Shown: positions 1-7,686, numbered from the stretch's first letter. The stretch: 16,289 nucleotides of DNA from an uncultured Myxococcales bacterium (GCA_964013405.1 CAXGWI010000078.1:1-16289); one strand, 5' to 3'. Program-made: numbers and translations. The notes: generated from the sequence alone by a model not told the origin.

Positions 1-1
1 C

Positions 2-1861
2 GATGACGGCAACGACATCGACTCCGATGCCTGTACGGCCCTCTGCCTGCTCGCCACCTGCGGCGATGGTCTCCTGCGAACCGACCTCAGTGAAGGCCAC
101 GGCGATTACGAGGCCTGCGATGATGGCGATGAGGACGATCAGGACGAGTGCTTGAGCAACTGTCAGGAAGCCCGCTGCGGTGATGGGCTGGTTCGGCAAG
201 ACCTTCCGCCAGAGAGCCCCGGCTTCGAAGGCTGCGACGATGGTAACGAGGACGACAGTGACGCTTGCCTCAGTCATTGCGTCGAGGCTCGCTGCGGTGA
301 CGGCTATGTCGGTCCTGGCGAAGGCTGTGACGATGGCAACGAGGACCCCACCGACGACTGTGCCAATTGCCAGCCTGCCCGCTGTGGCGATGGTGCCGTC
401 CAACCCGGTGAACGCTGCGATGATGGCAACGACATCGATACGGACGAATGCAGTAGTGCCTGCGCCCCGGCCCAATGCGGCGATGGCTTTGTTCAGATGG
501 GGGTGGAGGCCTGCGACGATGGCAACGTGATCCAAACGGATGCCTGTCTGGGCACCTGCGAAGCCGCCCGCTGCGGTGATGGTGTGCTGCGCTTGGACTT
601 GAACGTTGAGGAAGCCGGCTTCGAAGCCTGTGACGATGGCAACCTAGAAAGCGGTGACGGCTGTTCCAGCCAATGCCTCATGGAGCGCTGCGGCAACGGT
701 CGCGTCGATGAAGGCGAAGCCTGCGATGACGGCAATCGTGTCAACGGCGACGCGTGTACCAACGGCTGCCAGGCTGCCCGCTGCGGCGACGGGATTCAGT
801 ACGAGGGCATTGAAGCCTGCGACGATGGCAACGGGGAGGCCGGTGACGGTTGCGATCAGCAATGTCGCCAGGAACGCTGTGGCAATGGGCGCCTCGATGC
901 GGGTGAAGACTGTGACGATGGGGACGCCGATGATCAGGATGACTGCACCGGCCAATGTCGTGTGGCCCGCTGCGGTGACGGCATTCTACGCCGAGACCAT
1001 GAAGCCTGTGATGACGGTAACGAAATCCAAGGGGACGCCTGTCTCAACAACTGCGAAGTGGCCCGCTGTGGCGATGGTCAGGTCTGGCAGGGCCGGGAAG
1101 AATGCGATGATGGCAACGACAATCCCGGCGATGGCTGTTTGTCGAACTGCCGAGAAGCAAGTTGTGGCGATGGCATCGTCCACGAAGAAGCCGGCGAGCT
1201 TTGCGACGACGGCAATCAGGATCGAACAGATGCCTGTGTCGACTGTCAGCCAGCCCGCTGCGGCGACGGCGCTGTTTTTGCCAATGTGGAGGGTTGTGAT
1301 GATGGCGACAATGTGGATGAAAATGCCTGTACCAACGCCTGTCAGCCAGCTCGCTGTGGCGACGGGATCGAGCGACTCGATGCGGCCGAAGGCGAGGCCG
1401 GGTATGAGGCCTGCGATGATGGCAATGACAGCGATACCGATGGCTGCTTGACCGACTGTGTCCTGGCCCGGTGTGGCGATGGTCATCACCGGGTCGACCT
1501 GGCGGTTGGCGAGATGGGCGCGGAGCAATGTGACGACGGCAATGACGTGACCGAAACCTGCGCCTACGGCCTCCAATCATGTGAGGTCTGTGACGATCAA
1601 TGCGCTCTGGTCGCCGGTGTCACCGCGTATTGTGGCGATGATCAGATCAACGGTGACGAAGATTGCGATGACGGCAACCAAGTCACCGAGGCTTGTGCCT
1701 ATGGACTCCAGGCCTGCGAGGTTTGTGATGCAAGCTGTGCCACCGCCGAGGGGGCAGTCACTTATTGCGGCGATGGGGTGGTCCAAGCCGACGATGGTGA
1801 GGCATGCGATGATAACAACAACGAGGCAGGAGACGGCTGTGCAGCGGATTGCAGCCAGGAA
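2..1861 (+). repeat. Intragenic tandem array of diverged Cys-rich repeats (~90-160 bp units)
   Basis: Recurrent TGYGGYGAYGG and TGYGAYGAYGGYAAY motifs in one reading frame. Variation is mainly at synonymous positions and in loops. Confidence 0.9.
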
Positions 1862-2278
1862 GGTGTCGTCGCTTTTGGCGAAACCCGACCGGAAATTCGC
1901 TGCGGCGATTTCGTCAACAATGGCAACAATTATCAGCAGTATTGCTTTCAACTACGGGGCAACTGGCTTTGCATCGGCCAGACCGACGGCGGCAGTCACA
2001 ACTGCACGGACACAGCAAATGGTATCCGCATGACTTTTGATCGGCAATTCACCTGGCCGATGCGATTCACGGCGAACACAGAAAGCTGCCAAAACTATCA
2101 CCCCAACCACTTGGGCAATCTCGCCCTCGCCCTGGGCTATCGCCAGCACCGAGTCAACGACACCAAAACGGGAAACAGTTGCACACGGACTTGGATTAAC
2201 GACGACGGCAACTTTACCAGTACCGGAGGCGACAGTGGGCAGGCCCAAATCTACGATATCGACTTCTTTAATGACTGA
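2..2278 (+). CDS. Myxococcus-type cysteine-rich repeat (DUF4215/TIGR02232-like) surface protein, 5'-truncated by the window edge
   Basis: The frame is open from position 2 (DDGNDIDSDACTALCLLATCGDG...), so the TTG at 152 is internal. It has 17 complete plus 1 partial CG(D/N)G-x(n)-E-x-CDDGN-x(4)-D-x-C-x(2-3)-C units, then a ~138-aa non-repeat C-terminal domain. TGA stop at 2276-2278. Confidence 0.93.
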   Translation, partial: DDGNDIDSDACTALCLLATCGDGLLRTDLSEGHGDYEACDDGDEDDQDECLSNCQEARCGDGLVRQDLPPESPGFEGCDDGNEDDSDACLSHCVEARCGDGYVGPGEGCDDGNEDPTDDCANCQPARCGDGAVQPGERCDDGNDIDTDECSSACAPAQCGDGFVQMGVEACDDGNVIQTDACLGTCEAARCGDGVLRLDLNVEEAGFEACDDGNLESGDGCSSQCLMERCGNGRVDEGEACDDGNRVNGDACTNGCQAARCGDGIQYEGIEACDDGNGEAGDGCDQQCRQERCGNGRLDAGEDCDDGDADDQDDCTGQCRVARCGDGILRRDHEACDDGNEIQGDACLNNCEVARCGDGQVWQGREECDDGNDNPGDGCLSNCREASCGDGIVHEEAGELCDDGNQDRTDACVDCQPARCGDGAVFANVEGCDDGDNVDENACTNACQPARCGDGIERLDAAEGEAGYEACDDGNDSDTDGCLTDCVLARCGDGHHRVDLAVGEMGAEQCDDGNDVTETCAYGLQSCEVCDDQCALVAGVTAYCGDDQINGDEDCDDGNQVTEACAYGLQACEVCDASCATAEGAVTYCGDGVVQADDGEACDDNNNEAGDGCAADCSQEGVVAFGETRPEIRCGDFVNNGNNYQQYCFQLRGNWLCIGQTDGGSHNCTDTANGIRMTFDRQFTWPMRFTANTESCQNYHPNHLGNLALALGYRQHRVNDTKTGNSCTRTWINDDGNFTSTGGDSGQAQIYDIDFFND

Positions 2279-2295
2279 CTTAGATGGTCGTAAAG

Positions 2296-3045
2296 ATGCG
2301 TCCCACCCCGCCCAAAGCCATCGCCGTCCTTGCGGTCATGGTCTGCATCTGCGCTTGCAGTGAGCCGGACCCATGCGAGGCGACAGCAGAGAAGGACCGC
2401 CTCGCCTTCTGCGTGACGCCCGAACACGGTGACGACTATTACGTGGAGCAGAGCATGCTCTACTTTAACACCATGGATACGGCCGAAGACCGTGATCTCG
2501 GCCCCAACTACTCGGAATGGGTCGCCCGGTGGGAGTGGCCTCCCTGGCTCAAACTCACCGCTTTTGGCCGGGAACATCTCGTCGCCGGCGACCTCCTCCT
2601 ACGGCGCTTTCCATCAACCATCCCCGAGAGGGAGTGCCGGGCCTTCGACACCAACCCCTTTGGGCGCTGCAAGGTGACCTTCTATTATGAAGCCCACGGG
2701 GGACGAGGCTGCCCGATTTACGAGGAGTTCACCTTCAACAGTGCCGGTGAGATGACCTTTATTGAGGCCTGGTCTGACCTCGACGGGAAGCGGCCCATGG
2801 ACCCGAACCTTGACCCTTGGGCCGAGGAGCAGGGCATCCACCGCATGTCGACGAAGTTACCAGGCCTTGGCAATGCCGCTGGGGCCATCGACTTAGACAG
2901 CCCGGCGATGGCCGCCGCCGAAGCCGCCGATCCGGAGATTCATGACTTCGTTGAACGGGCGCTGAACTATTACGACCGCTGGCTTGCCGAACTGGAAGCC
3001 TCAGGGGGCGATGCCATGTGGTCTAGCGGCTGTGGTTGGGACTGA
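2296..3045 (+). CDS. Hypothetical lipoprotein (~249 aa; alternative ATG at 2284)
   Basis: MRPTPPKAIAVLAVMVCICA-CSEPDP has a basic N-terminus, a hydrophobic stretch and a lipobox-like Cys. The body looks globular and is Trp/Tyr-rich (RWEWPPWLKLT). It starts just after the upstream stop. Confidence 0.8.
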   Translation: MRPTPPKAIAVLAVMVCICACSEPDPCEATAEKDRLAFCVTPEHGDDYYVEQSMLYFNTMDTAEDRDLGPNYSEWVARWEWPPWLKLTAFGREHLVAGDLLLRRFPSTIPERECRAFDTNPFGRCKVTFYYEAHGGRGCPIYEEFTFNSAGEMTFIEAWSDLDGKRPMDPNLDPWAEEQGIHRMSTKLPGLGNAAGAIDLDSPAMAAAEAADPEIHDFVERALNYYDRWLAELEASGGDAMWSSGCGWD

Positions 3046-3144
3046 GCCCATCGGCCCGGAAGCGATCAAGGCGCCTTCGCAGTTCGCCAGGCTTATTCCC
3101 TTCGTTCTGCGTCCCCCAACTGGCTTGTTGCAAGGGCGCGCGGC

Positions 3145-4839
3145 TCACTCCACCTCGAGGACCAGGGTTTCGAGCGCCCCTTGATACACCACTGAGCGCA
3201 CCTTGCCAGAGACTGGATACGTCGCCCCTTTCTTGATCGCTGCCGCAGACGTACCTGGGGCAAGGAAGACAGAGAAGTTCACCGTCGCCTTGCCATCGAA
3301 CTCCAAGCCATCCCGTAGGGTGCACGACAGAACCGCTTGGCCGGTCTTGGGCTCTTTCTCCACATCGTTCACCCGACAACCTGCGACCGCAATCGCTCTG
3401 CCCTTCACCGCCTGTGCAAGGCTTTGGACTTCTGCTTCTTGGCGAGCTTTGCGCTCACCGGCCGCCATGCTGGTCTCCTTGGCCGCCTCACCGGTGCCCA
3501 GGACCGTCGTGTCGATGCCTTTGACATGGGTGGCAAGCCAATCCGCTGCTGGGGTGAACTCGATTTGCGGCGCCTCCGGAGGCGCTAGGGCTTTCTTCGC
3601 CTCCTTGGCCAGTTCTGCGGTCAGGGGCTGGGACGTATGCCGGCTCACAAAGTGCTCAAGACGCCGCTTGTTGTTGGTCGCGATCAAGCCATCCAATTCC
3701 CGGCGGGCAAGGTAGAGGGTGATGAGCTGCCGCAAGTCCTGGCTGCGGGCTTGGTACAAGACCTGGTTGAAAGACGAGACTGGCGAGCGCTTCGCCACCG
3801 AGCGCTCGACACAGAAAACGCTCGTCGCCCGCTTGATCACCTCGGCAGCGGGTTTGGGCCAACAGGCCTTCGTCCAGTGGGGCGCCCGAGAAATGCCGAC
3901 AGGCTTGAGTTGCCGGCGCAATAGACGCCCTTCGGCATCGGCACTCAACTCCCGGCACAACTCGTGGCTGCCGCAGGCACTGATGAAGCCTTTCAGATCG
4001 GCCACCGAAGCGACCGACTGAGCCCTTTGGCGCAAGAGATCAGCTTCGTGAACCCGGGCTTTTGCAATCCATTCGTCCATTCCCCGACGCCGGCTGTTGG
4101 TCGCGATGAAGGCCCGCAGACCAGGCAGACCTCGGGCCTGGGCCAGTTTGAGTTGTTCATCTAAGAGCTTCACCCGAGCATCCTGAGCCGCCTGAGTGTC
4201 CTCAAAGCGGCTGATGAGTGCTTCCCGAGCCCGTAGGTCCTTAGGCTGATTCGCACCAAACAGTGCGAGTTTCGCTTCTTCTTCCCGGACTTCCTTTCGT
4301 AGGCCGTCGTCTAGACGGTCACCATAGGTGGCGCTGAACGCCCGCAGAGCCTGGGTTGAACCGACCTTCAGGGCTGCGGCATAGGCCGCCCGAACTTCGC
4401 CGGCCATGGCTCTGTCGAGCAAATCCCCTCCGACGCTCAACTCCATGGCCCGACGTTGGACCATTTGGAACACCTGAGGTCGCTTGCTGGTCTGCGCCTG
4501 TCGAAGCATGGCCTCAATCTCAGCCCGATCCGCCTTACCGATGGCCGCCTGAGCCCCGGGCAAGCCAGACACTCGATGACGGAAGATCCGGTAGGCATCG
4601 GGGTCATCGGTCTTCGCGGCTGCAGCAAAGTTCGCCTCGATCGCCTCTCGAACCGCCTCCGCATCCTTGGGCTCGAGCGACTGCCCGGGCCCCTGCCGAC
4701 GGACATGGGCCTTCGCTAAGGTCAGGGCCTCATCGTGGAGCCCTTCGGCGAGCTTGTCATGGATACGTTGCCCCGCGCTGGCACAGCCCAGCAGCCAGGC
4801 ACAGAGTAAGACCAGACTGGGACGCTGCCACTTGATCAT
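3145..4839 (-). CDS. Hypothetical lipoprotein (~564 aa) with alpha-helical repeats and a possible C-terminal OB-fold-like domain
   Basis: Start reassigned to ATG 4839 (MIKWQRPSLVLLCAWLLG-CASAG, lipobox LLGC), with GGAG 5 nt upstream. Ala/Arg/Leu-rich helical body and a beta-rich C-terminal ~90 aa. Confidence 0.8.
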   Translation of the reverse strand: MIKWQRPSLVLLCAWLLGCASAGQRIHDKLAEGLHDEALTLAKAHVRRQGPGQSLEPKDAEAVREAIEANFAAAAKTDDPDAYRIFRHRVSGLPGAQAAIGKADRAEIEAMLRQAQTSKRPQVFQMVQRRAMELSVGGDLLDRAMAGEVRAAYAAALKVGSTQALRAFSATYGDRLDDGLRKEVREEEAKLALFGANQPKDLRAREALISRFEDTQAAQDARVKLLDEQLKLAQARGLPGLRAFIATNSRRRGMDEWIAKARVHEADLLRQRAQSVASVADLKGFISACGSHELCRELSADAEGRLLRRQLKPVGISRAPHWTKACWPKPAAEVIKRATSVFCVERSVAKRSPVSSFNQVLYQARSQDLRQLITLYLARRELDGLIATNNKRRLEHFVSRHTSQPLTAELAKEAKKALAPPEAPQIEFTPAADWLATHVKGIDTTVLGTGEAAKETSMAAGERKARQEAEVQSLAQAVKGRAIAVAGCRVNDVEKEPKTGQAVLSCTLRDGLEFDGKATVNFSVFLAPGTSAAAIKKGATYPVSGKVRSVVYQGALETLVLEVE

Positions 4840-4978
4840 CAGGGCTCCATGGCTTGGATCATGGCGAGAGTCACCGCAGATGACAATGGACATCACCTCT
4901 GGCCCCCAGATCTCGTGTCTTTCAACCGGTGATCGAGCCTTTCGTGCGGCCGGGCGGCAGGCAAGCTTCGAAACGACC

Positions 4979-5815
4979 TCACGGCCCAAGGACGGGCAGC
5001 CCTTCCAAGCGGTGGTAGACCGGTCGACCAGCGATCCGGCGGCGGACGATCCAGTGCCGGTGTCCTTGGGGGGCTTCCACTGCTTTCTCGCTGCGCTCAC
5101 TTGGCGACCGCCGGGCCTCCTTGGCTGCATCCCGAGCCAGCAAGTCTGCGCACATACAGGTGATAAAGCCGCTGGGTAGGCCCTCGGTCACCGGCGAACA
5201 GACCGCGCCCTTCTCAGCCTGGGCTCGCACGATGTTGAGACCAAAAACCATCGGCCCCGGATGCTGCGCTGCCGAGCCCAAGGGCCCTTCGCAATCGGGG
5301 GCCATCTCCAGGGGCTCCATGGCCGCGATCAGCGGCGGGCCCGGCAATGGGGGCGTGCAGCTCGACTGACTGCGGACCTGCAGGTCTCCCCCTTGTTCCC
5401 GCCCCAACTCGAGACTCATCGTCTCCACAAGGCCAGTGGCGCTGGATAAGACCGCTTCGACCGGTCGCACGGACCAACCCCGAATCTTCTGGCTGATACA
5501 GGTCTCGAGAATGGATGCCGGGATCAGCGGGTTGGCACCGGCCTGGGCCACCAAGCGGGCCCCCTCCGAGCTCACCTGAACCTCTAGGCGCAAGGCAAAT
5601 GGGCCCGGCAGCTCCCGTTCGAGACAAAGGCCCAAAGCCTGAGCTAACCGGTTGGCGCCGCCCGACTTGGCCGCGGCATCGCTGCAGGTCTTCATCTCGC
5701 TTTGGCCCCGAGCCACAGGCCTGCTGGCCGTTGTCGGAGATGGCCCAACTGGGCTTGACTCCTGACAGGCCAATAGTGCTCCCAAGACGAGAAGAGCGAT
5801 GGAGCGCGACACCAC
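4979..5815 (-). CDS. Hypothetical lipoprotein with a probable AgmX/PglI C-terminal (TonB-C-like) domain
   Basis: GTG at 5815 is preceded by GGGGA at 6 nt. The signal VVSRSIALLVLGALLA-CQESS has the lipobox LLAC. The segment CLERELPGPFALRLEVQVSSEG...LETCISQKIRGWSVRP matches the C..G.V.+.+.+...G....C+...+R.W pattern I associate with AgmX/PglI-C domains. Confidence 0.65.
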   Translation of the reverse strand: MVSRSIALLVLGALLACQESSPVGPSPTTASRPVARGQSEMKTCSDAAAKSGGANRLAQALGLCLERELPGPFALRLEVQVSSEGARLVAQAGANPLIPASILETCISQKIRGWSVRPVEAVLSSATGLVETMSLELGREQGGDLQVRSQSSCTPPLPGPPLIAAMEPLEMAPDCEGPLGSAAQHPGPMVFGLNIVRAQAEKGAVCSPVTEGLPSGFITCMCADLLARDAAKEARRSPSERSEKAVEAPQGHRHWIVRRRIAGRPVYHRLEGLPVLGP

Positions 5816-5872
5816 GAAATATCCCCGCTGTGGACGGCCTCTTCCTAACCACACCGTGCTGCCTGCCGCCAA

Positions 5873-5892
5873 GTAAGTAAGCTTTTACTTAC
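5873..5892. promoter_or_regulatory. Perfect 8-bp inverted repeat GTAAGTAA-gctt-TTACTTAC, candidate operator
   Basis: AT-rich palindrome in the divergent intergenic region between the 5815 lipoprotein gene and the AGCS gene. Confidence 0.45.
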
Positions 5893-5977
5893 ATCAACTA
5901 GACCCCCTCTAGCCGGCCCTTCGAAAAGAAAGGCCGGCAATTGCAGCGATATATGACGGTTTGGGGGCACTAACGCG

Positions 5978-6006
5978 TTGACACTACGGACCAAAAATGA
6001 AGATGT
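5978..6006 (+). promoter_or_regulatory. Candidate sigma70-type promoter for the AGCS operon
   Basis: Perfect -35 TTGACA at 5978-5983, ~50 nt upstream of the start. The -10 match is poor (GAAGAT/AGATGT). Confidence 0.3.
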
Positions 6007-6033
6007 GCGCCGCCAAGAACCCCGGAGTTCCTC

Positions 6034-7686
6034 TTGAATCGACCGAGCCGTCTCTTTCTCGCTTCCCTCGTCAGTTTGATCCCCTCGCTCGCCTGGGCGA
6101 CCGAGACAGCACAGAAGACCTTCGAGCAGCAGGTCGATAAGTGGTTTGGCGATTACCTTGTCACCCCCGTCGCCACCATCTTCTTCATGAAGGTAGGTAA
6201 CCTGGTCGAAACGGTCTCTCAGATGCCGCTGATCGTTGCCTGGCTCGGATTCTTCGCCATCTTCTTCACGCTCCGTATGCGCTTGGTGAATGTCCGGATG
6301 TTTCGCCATGCGATCGACCTCGTCCGGGGCAAATTTGATGACCCCAAAGCGAAAGGCGAGGTGAGTCATTTCCAGGCTCTGGCTACCGCGCTCTCGGCGA
6401 CGGTGGGACTTGGAAATATCGCCGGCGTCGCGATCGCCATCATGATTGGCGGCCCCGGTGCCACCTTCTGGATCATCGTCGTTGGTCTCTTGGGCATGAG
6501 CATGAAGTTCGTAGAAGTCACTTTGGGCCAGCATTACAGGCAGGTTCGAGGCGATGGAACCATCATGGGTGGTGCCATGTACTACCTCTCGGACGGACTC
6601 GCCGCCCAGGGCAAGGCTGGGCTCGGCAAGTTCCTGGCGAGCGCTTTTGTCATTCTCTGCGTTCTCGCTTCCTTCGGTGGCGGCAACTCCTTTCAGGTGA
6701 AACAGGGGTTGGACCAAGTCCGTACGGTCGTCCCTTTCTTAGACACCTATCCCTGGGTTTACGGTATCGTCATGGTGGTGCTGGTTGGCATCGTCATCAT
6801 CGGTGGCATTCGCAGGATCGCGAGAGTCGCTGACAAGGTCGTGCCGATCATGTGTGGCGTTTACGTGCTCGCTTGCCTGATTATTCTGGGCATGCATTTC
6901 ACCGCCATTCCCACTGCCTTTGGCACGATCATCGACGGGGCCTTTAATCCGGGCGCCGCCTATGGTGGGTTCGCAGGCTGCCTTGTGATCGGAATTCAGC
7001 GGGCTGTCTTCTCTAACGAGGCTGGCGTCGGTAGCGCAGCGATTGCCCACTCCGCCGCGAAGGTTGAGTATCCGGTTCAAGAGGGCATCGTGAGCCTTTT
7101 GGAGCCATTCATCGATACCGTCATCGTCTGCACGATGACCGGACTCGTCATCGTCATCACCGGCGCCTACGACCCCATCGCCAATCCCGATTATGCGTCG
7201 ATGATCACCGGTAGGGAGGGCGCTGCCCTGACCAGTGCAGCGATGGGTAGTCAAATCAGTTGGTTCCCCTATGTTCTCGCTGTAGCAGTCATTGCATTCA
7301 GCTATTCCACGATGATCAGTTGGAGTTATTACGGGGAGCGCTGCTGGACCTGGTTGTTTGGCGAGACCTATACCATGGTCTATCGAATCCTGTTTCTCGT
7401 CTTCACATTTCTCGGGTCGGTCGTCTCGGCCACAAACATCCTCGATTTCAGCGACCTCATGCTTCTGGGCATGGCCTTCCCCAACCTCCTCGGAATCATC
7501 TTCATGGCGGGCTTGGTGTCGAAACTCCTGAAAGACTACGAAGGCAAGCTGGCTCGCGGTGAGATCTTAACGACCCAAGAGCGGCTCGCTTCGGCCCAAG
7601 CCGAGGCAGAAGCGGTCGAAGCGCCAGCGACGCCAACGGACGAAGCCCCCGAAGCTGAGTCCACAGGTCCCGACGACGAAGAGTGA
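6034..7686 (+). CDS. Alanine/glycine:cation symporter (AGCS / AlsT family)
   Basis: Family motifs LSATVGLGNIAGVA, GGPGATFW, KFVEVTLGQHYR, GGAMYY, RAVFSNEAGVGSAAIAHS, EPFIDTVIVCTMT and STMISWSYYGE, with many TM helices. TTG start with GGAG at 6024-6027. Confidence 0.95.
   Translation: MNRPSRLFLASLVSLIPSLAWATETAQKTFEQQVDKWFGDYLVTPVATIFFMKVGNLVETVSQMPLIVAWLGFFAIFFTLRMRLVNVRMFRHAIDLVRGKFDDPKAKGEVSHFQALATALSATVGLGNIAGVAIAIMIGGPGATFWIIVVGLLGMSMKFVEVTLGQHYRQVRGDGTIMGGAMYYLSDGLAAQGKAGLGKFLASAFVILCVLASFGGGNSFQVKQGLDQVRTVVPFLDTYPWVYGIVMVVLVGIVIIGGIRRIARVADKVVPIMCGVYVLACLIILGMHFTAIPTAFGTIIDGAFNPGAAYGGFAGCLVIGIQRAVFSNEAGVGSAAIAHSAAKVEYPVQEGIVSLLEPFIDTVIVCTMTGLVIVITGAYDPIANPDYASMITGREGAALTSAAMGSQISWFPYVLAVAVIAFSYSTMISWSYYGERCWTWLFGETYTMVYRILFLVFTFLGSVVSATNILDFSDLMLLGMAFPNLLGIIFMAGLVSKLLKDYEGKLARGEILTTQERLASAQAEAEAVEAPATPTDEAPEAESTGPDDEE

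Noticed and set aside
2..1861. Repeat array as CRISPR or other non-coding repeat
   Set aside because: Units are in-frame, protein-coding and diverge at synonymous positions. There are no identical direct repeats with unique spacers and no cas genes.
1862..2278. Diversity-generating retroelement target (many AAC/AAT codons in a C-terminal domain)
   Set aside because: I saw no second near-identical copy (TR/VR pair) and no reverse transcriptase in the window. Asn richness alone explains the codons. A remote TR cannot be excluded.
3046..3144. Intrinsic terminator or small RNA between convergent genes
   Set aside because: Only a weak interrupted stem is present, with no U-tract and no tRNA or SRP RNA features.
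4840..5130. 97-aa N-terminal extension of the 661-aa ORF, or a frameshift fusion with the upstream lipoprotein gene
   Set aside because: The extension overlaps the 4979-5815 gene and would bury the signal peptide. ATG 4839 has its own RBS and lipobox.
5214..5852. Alternative minus-strand 212-aa ORF
   Set aside because: It overlaps the better-supported lipoprotein frame and is Gly/Pro/Arg-rich, as expected for an off-frame GC-rich ORF.
5816..6033. Glycine riboswitch upstream of the AGCS gene
   Set aside because: AGCS genes often have one, but I see no GGAGA...CCGAAG...CTCTCAGG aptamer signature, and the candidate promoter leaves only a short leader.
5845..6717. Long antisense ORFs (also 986-1576, 10092-10643, 11487-12047, 13183-13824, 15056-15943)
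   Set aside because: These are shadow frames opposite well-supported genes, which are common with high-GC codon bias. They carry no family motifs.
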